From: an uncultured Chloroflexia bacterium
GTDB taxonomy: Bacteria; Chloroflexota; Limnocylindria; Limnocylindrales; CSP1-4
Reading direction: 5' to 3'
Length of the DNA stretch: 64,000 bases
Assembly: GCA_963763775.1 (NCBI GenBank)
Contig: CAVXPZ010000001.1
Coordinates: 448,001-512,000, forward strand
Shown: piece by piece, positions 59,134-64,000 of the stretch
How positions within the stretch are numbered: the stretch's first letter is position 1
How the letters are laid out: each line of letters starts with the position of its first letter
Notes under the pieces: model-generated
What the model was told of the DNA's origin: nothing
Databases searched by the model: none
The model's input: only the letters and a program-made list of their open reading frames with translations
Made by a program: the position numbers and the translations under genes

Positions 59134-60275
59134 GCCGGGGTCTCGGCCAGCACGGGCTCGGCGACCGTGGGCTGGGACGCTGGCGACGGCTCCCGCTCCT
59201 CGACCTGGACCCCGGTGACGCGCGGGTGGAGCGGCGGGCCGGACGGCACGTCCGCGGGGCGCATCGCCTCGAACTCCCGGCGGAGGACCGGGACGACCTC
59301 GGCGCCCAGGATGTCCATCTGCTCGAGCACGGTCTTGAGCGGGAGGCCGCCGTGGTCGGCGATGAACAGCTGTCGCTGGTAGTCGCCGACGAACTCGCGG
59401 AAGCCCAGCGTCCGGTCGATGACCTGCTGCGGGCTGCCGATCGTCATCGGGGTCTGCGCCATGTAGTCCTCGAGCGACATCGCGCCGCCGTAGACCGGCG
59501 CGTGGTCGAAGTACGGCCGGAACTCGCGGATCGCGTCCTGGCTGTTCGGGCGCATGAAGACGTGGCCGCCCAGGCCGACGATCGCCTGGTTCGCGGGGCC
59601 GTGGCCGTAATGCTCGAAGCGGCGACGATAGAGCTCGACCATCCGCTGGACGTGGCTGCTCGGCCAGAAGATGTTGTTGTGGAAGAAGCCGTCGCCGTAG
59701 TACGCGGCCTGCTCGGCGATCTCCGGGCTCCGGATCGACCCGTGCCACACGAACGGCGGGACGCCGTCGAGCGGGCGCGGCGTGGCGGTGAACCCGGTCA
59801 GCGGCGTCCGGAACCGGCCCTCCCAGTCCACGACGTCCTCGCGCCAGAGGCGGCGCAGCAGGTCGTAGTTCTCGACCGCGAGCGGGATCGCGTTGCGCAG
59901 GTCCTGGCCGAACCACGGATAGACCGGACCCATGTTGCCGCGCCCGAGCATGAGGTCCACCCGGCCGTCGGCCAGGTGTTGGAGCATCGCGTAGTCCTCG
60001 GCGATCTTGACCGGGTCGTTGGTCGTGATCAGGGTCGTGGCGGTCGAGAGCTGCAGGCGCTCGGTCTTGCCGGCGATGTAGCCGAGCAGCGTGGTCGGGG
60101 AGGAGGGGACGAACGGCACGTTGTGGTGTTCGCCGGTCGCGAACACGTCGAGGCCGATCTCCTCGGCCTTGCGCGCGACCGTGACCATGATCTGGATGCG
60201 CTCGGCCTCGCTGACCGTCTGATTGGTCGTCGGGTCGGGCGTGACGTCGCCGACCGTGAAGACGCCGAATTGCAT
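59130..60275 (-). CDS. LLM-class flavin-dependent monooxygenase (CE1758-like)
   Basis: MQFGVFTVGDVT.DP, ATGEHH, TTNDPVKIAED and PFVWHGSIRS. Confidence 0.88.
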   Translation of the reverse strand: MQFGVFTVGDVTPDPTTNQTVSEAERIQIMVTVARKAEEIGLDVFATGEHHNVPFVPSSPTTLLGYIAGKTERLQLSTATTLITTNDPVKIAEDYAMLQHLADGRVDLMLGRGNMGPVYPWFGQDLRNAIPLAVENYDLLRRLWREDVVDWEGRFRTPLTGFTATPRPLDGVPPFVWHGSIRSPEIAEQAAYYGDGFFHNNIFWPSSHVQRMVELYRRRFEHYGHGPANQAIVGLGGHVFMRPNSQDAIREFRPYFDHAPVYGGAMSLEDYMAQTPMTIGSPQQVIDRTLGFREFVGDYQRQLFIADHGGLPLKTVLEQMDILGAEVVPVLRREFEAMRPADVPSGPPLHPRVTGVQVEEREPSPASQPTVAEPVLAETPA

Positions 60276-60359
60276 GATCTGTCCTGTCCCTTGACGGCTA
60301 CCCGTCGCTGCGTCGACCACCGATGTCGGTCGAACTCCCGTCAGCATACCCGATAGGTC

Positions 60360-60373
60360 GTTGCGTACGCAAC
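60360..60373. promoter_or_regulatory. Perfect 14-bp palindrome, probable MarR-type operator
   Basis: GTTGCGTACGCAAC ~85 nt upstream of the LLM monooxygenase start. Confidence 0.55.
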
Positions 60374-60385
60374 TACTGCGGATGA

Positions 60386-61354
60386 TCAGGTCGCTGGCCG
60401 GACCAGGCGCAGGAGTTCGCCGACCGTGGCGATCTGCTCGGGGGTCCGATAGATCGCGTTGTTGAACGTGAAGCCTGTGAACCCTGCGTCGATGTAGGTC
60501 GCGAGGACGTCGACGACCTGGTCGGGCGTGCCGGCGGTGACATGCGGGCGGCGCTCAGGCGGCAGGGAGTCGATGAACTGTCGGGCCTCCGCTTCGGTCG
60601 ACATCACGATCACGGGGGCCCCGATGGTCCGCTCGACGGTGTCTGGGTCCCGGCCGATCTCCTCGCAATAGCGGACGAGCAACTCGTCCTTGTGGCGGAG
60701 TGTCTCGAGCCCGAGCGCGAACCAATGCGTCATGTCGGCATAGCGGGCCGCGATGCGCAGGGTCCGCTGTTCGCCGCCGCCACCCACGAGAATCCGCGGG
60801 CCGCCGGCCTGGATCGGACGCGGACGGTTCAGCGCCTCATGGATCCGGTAGTGACGGCCGTCGAAGGTCGGGCGGTCCTCGGTGAACAGGAGCTTCGCGA
60901 TGGTGAGCGCCTCCTCGAGGCGATCCATCCGCTCCTTCAGCGGCGGGAAGTCGATCCCGTAGCCGATGTGCTCCTCCTCGTTCCACGCCGCACCGAGGCC
61001 GAAGATCGCTCGGCCGCCGGACAAGACGTCCAGCGTCGTGACCTGCTTGGCCAGCATCGCCGGGTTCCGATACGTAACACCGGTCACGAGCGTGCCCAGG
61101 CGGACCGTCGAGGTCTCTCGGGCGAGCGCGGCCAGGACCGACCAGCCCTCGAGCATCGGCTCCGTGACCGGGCCGACGCCCTGGATCTGGTAGAGGTGGT
61201 CCATCACGGTCACAAGCTCGAACCCGACCGCCTCGGCCGCTCGCGCCTGCTCGACGACAAGGTCGAATAGGCGCTCCGGCGGTACGTCCGGGTGGCTGTA
61301 GCTGGGGAGATGGAGACCAAACCAGGGGTGGCGGTTGGCCGTTGCATTCGTCAT
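60386..61354 (-). CDS. LLM-class probable F420-dependent oxidoreductase
   Basis: VMDHLYQI, VTGVTYRNPAMLAK..TTLDVLSGGR..GLGAAW and GGGGEQRTL. Confidence 0.88.
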   Translation of the reverse strand: MTNATANRHPWFGLHLPSYSHPDVPPERLFDLVVEQARAAEAVGFELVTVMDHLYQIQGVGPVTEPMLEGWSVLAALARETSTVRLGTLVTGVTYRNPAMLAKQVTTLDVLSGGRAIFGLGAAWNEEEHIGYGIDFPPLKERMDRLEEALTIAKLLFTEDRPTFDGRHYRIHEALNRPRPIQAGGPRILVGGGGEQRTLRIAARYADMTHWFALGLETLRHKDELLVRYCEEIGRDPDTVERTIGAPVIVMSTEAEARQFIDSLPPERRPHVTAGTPDQVVDVLATYIDAGFTGFTFNNAIYRTPEQIATVGELLRLVRPAT

Positions 61355-61495
61355 GCGTCCAGGATGCGCTTGCGATGCGATGGGTGCGCGCGATCATCGC
61401 TGCGTTGGCCGGGGTCTGGCTCCAGTCGCTCTGGCCAACGAGGACGGATACGCTGTGCTGGATCCGGCTGTCGCCGAAATGGGGAGGTAGCCCTC

Positions 61496-61912
61496 GTGAA
61501 GCCAGAGAGCGATGTCCCAGCGTCCCATCCGGGAAACGTCCCATTGCGAGTCCGATCGGCTGAACTGGAACCGGTCGCGTTCAGAGAACACACGTTCCGG
61601 TTCTTGATCGACGAACACCAGTCCGGCGGGACCTATTCGGCGATGGAGATCTCATCCCCACCTGGCACCGGACCCGAACCGCACGTGCACGATCGCGCGG
61701 AGGAAGGGTTCTATGTCCTTGATGGCGGGGCGACCTTCTTCATCTCAGGCGACGCGATCGACGCTCGACCGGGCGATTGGATCCACGTCCCGAGGGGCGT
61801 CGTGCACGCATTCCGGACGACCGCGAATGGCGCCCGGTATCTCGCGATCTACGCCCCGGGTAGTGAGGAGCAAGGATTCCGCGAGGCCGCCGCGGGCCGA
61901 CCGCCGGAATGA
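61496..61912 (+). CDS. Cupin domain protein
   Basis: GGAGG RBS, PHVHDRAEEGFYVLDG and PRGVVHAF. Confidence 0.8.
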   Translation: MKPESDVPASHPGNVPLRVRSAELEPVAFREHTFRFLIDEHQSGGTYSAMEISSPPGTGPEPHVHDRAEEGFYVLDGGATFFISGDAIDARPGDWIHVPRGVVHAFRTTANGARYLAIYAPGSEEQGFREAAAGRPPE

Positions 61913-61976
61913 TCAGCTGAGGCACGCAGGGTCGGACCGGACTTGCGCGCCGTCTCGAACCCCCCGGGACACCGCT

Positions 61977-62616
61977 TCAACCCGACCGTGGACGGAGCAG
62001 GCCCCGCTCGTAGGCGACCGCCACGGCAGCCGCGCGGTCGCCGACGTCGAGCTTCGCGTAGATGTGGAGGAGGTGCGTCTTGACGGTCGCCTCCGAGATG
62101 AACAGGCGGGTGGCTGCGCCACGATTGGTCTCGCCCTGGGCGATGAGCGACAGGACCTCCAGTTCGCGGTCGCTGAGCTGGTCGTGGGCAGGGGACGCGC
62201 AGGTCCGCGACGAGGCGGGTGGCCACCGATGGCGCGAGGACCGCCTCGCCGCGAGCCGCGGCACGGATCGCCCGCAGGAGCTCGGGCCGCGGTGCGTCCT
62301 TGAGCAGGTAGCCCGTCGCCCCGGCCCCGAGCGCGGGGAGGACGTCCCGGTCGCTGTCGTAGGTGGTCAGCACGAGCACCCGGGCCGCGGACCGGCGTTC
62401 GGCCAGGGTCTGGATGGCCTCGAGGCCACCGACACCGGGCATCCGCAGGTCCATGAGGACGACATCAGGCGCCAGCGCATCCACGAGCGTCAGGGCTTCC
62501 GAGCCGTCACCGGCCTCGCCGACGACCTCGAAGTCCGGCTCGGCCGCCAGCATGCCTCGGAGGCCGTCGCGCACGATGGGGTGGTCGTCGACGATCAGCA
62601 CCCGGATCGGGGTCAT
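61977..62616 (-). CDS. NarL/LuxR-type response regulator, +1 frameshift near 62192
   Basis: IVDDHPIVR, VLMDLRMP and YLLKD, then LSDRELEVL...SEATVKTHL..IYAKL. Confidence 0.87.
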
Positions 62617-63855
62617 GGCCTCGCCGCCGACGGATCGGCCGCGATGGCCGGGACGCGCGCTGAGATCGCCGTCCCGCGGCCGGGCTCCGATTCGATCGCG
62701 AGCGAGCCAGCCACACGCGCCACGCGCTGTCGCATACCGTGCAGCCCGAACCCGGCGCCCGTGGCGTCGGCCGGCCGCCCGACGTCGAATCCGACCCCGT
62801 CGTCGTGCACGTCCAGGGCCACCTCGTCGCCCATGTACGAGAGCGTGATGCGCGCCCGACCCGCCTGGGCGTGCTTGGCGACGTTGGCCAGCGCCTCCTG
62901 GGCCGTCCGCAGGAGCGTGACCTCGATCTCGGGCTCCAGCGTGACGGGGTCGCCGGTGACGGTGACCTCGGCCGGGACGGTCGTCCGCTCGGACCATTCG
63001 CGCGCGATCTCGCGCAGGGCGTCGGGGAGTGTCGCGGCCTCGAGTGGCGCGGGCAGGGCCCCTTCCACGGACCGTCGGGCCTCGCTGAGGCTCTCGCGGG
63101 CCAGGCGCTCCGCGTTCGCGAGGTGTCGGTCGTGCGCCTCGGGCCGGTCGTGGGCGTGGCGGGCTGCCTCGAGTTGGGTGATGACGCCCGTGAGCCCTTG
63201 CGCGATGGTGTCGTGGATCTCCGCCGCCATGCGCTGACGCTCCTCCAGGACGCCCGCCTCCCGAGCCTGCGCCAGCAGTTGCGCGTGGAGTCCCGTGTTC
63301 TCGGCGAGCGCCTGCTCGAGTCGCACGACCGTCTCCCGACGGGCCTCGTTCTGCTCGGCGACGCGCTCCCCGAAGTACGTGCCGGCGCTGATGACCACCG
63401 TCTGGACGACGATGATCACGATCCAGAACGTCCAACCGGTCGCGGTCTGCGGCAACCCGGCGATCAGCGAGTTCACGAGGACCGAGGTCACCCCGATCGC
63501 CGCGACGGTCACCGCGAACGGGCGCAGCACGGTGGCGTAGAAGAAGCCGGCGATCATGAAGATGAAGAACAGCGGCTGCTGGAGCATCAGGGCCGACGCG
63601 AAGGCGACGATGCCGACCCAGAAGACGAACAGTCGCGCCTGATGCTCGCGGCGCGGCTCGGGCATCCGGGTGTAGCCGACGTAGATCCAGACGCGCCGCC
63701 GCGATCGCGATGGCCAGCGTGGTCAGCCGCCAGGCGGGATCCGGGTCGCCCAGGAGGATCGCGAGGATGGTCCCGGTGGCCAGGAGCGCGTACCCGCCGA
63801 TGCTGAGCATCGCGTCGGAGAAGCCGTCCCAGGATCGGTCCGCAAACGGTCGCAT
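62613..63855 (-). CDS. HisKA_3 sensor histidine kinase, +1 frameshift near 63690
   Basis: TM sensor region, ERQRMAAEIHDTIAQG, QEALANVAKHA, DDGVGF and GFGLHGMRQR. Confidence 0.87.
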
Positions 63856-63924
63856 CGCTCGCACGCTACTCCAAGCCGACCGGTTTCGGCACCTGATCCC
63901 GCTCTCGCCCACGCATCTGCCCGG

Positions 63925-64000
63925 TCACTCCCATCGGAACGCGCGCGCCGCGAGCACGCCGCCGACGACGGTGAGACCAGCCATGACGAGGAGCGGGAGG
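63925..64000 (-). CDS. 3' end of a membrane protein, probably an ABC-2 permease (partial)
   Basis: ...LPLLVMAGLTVVGGVLAARAFRWE-stop; FRWE is a typical ABC-2 permease ending. Confidence 0.6.
   Translation of the reverse strand, partial: LPLLVMAGLTVVGGVLAARAFRWE

Noticed and set aside
10492-63855. Mass pseudogenisation or programmed frameshifting
   Set aside because: The shifts have uniform +1 polarity, there are no nonsense mutations and there is no shared slippery site. A sequencing artefact is more parsimonious.

Overview
A very GC-rich bacterial chromosomal segment. The gene content suggests a monoderm soil or freshwater organism, Chloroflexota- or Actinomycetota-like; this is an inference only. 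Positions 1-12 kb hold a housekeeping run: pnp-asd-udg-rnj-ftsK-rodZ-cinA(C-term)-murC-like. The rest is accessory: small-molecule enzymes, many probable F420/flavin oxidoreductases, ABC exporters with cognate regulators and palindromic operators, a FadR-controlled sugar cluster, ArsR/SRPBCC pairs and a two-component system. No rRNA, tRNA, CRISPR array or mobile element was recognised. The main anomaly is a PNPase with a complete ~165-aa DnaQ-like DEDDh exonuclease inserted between its two RNase PH domains, with the catalytic motifs of both activities intact. It sits in the same gene run as RNase J and a uracil-DNA glycosylase ending in a beta-clamp-like motif. Other signals are many probable leaderless promoters, a candidate leader peptide/attenuator upstream of a DRG-like TGS GTPase, a cysteine-less racemase homologue and small unannotated ORFs. 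About 17 genes are split by frameshifts. Every one I could resolve is a +1 insertion, which most likely reflects sequencing or assembly error rather than pseudogenes.
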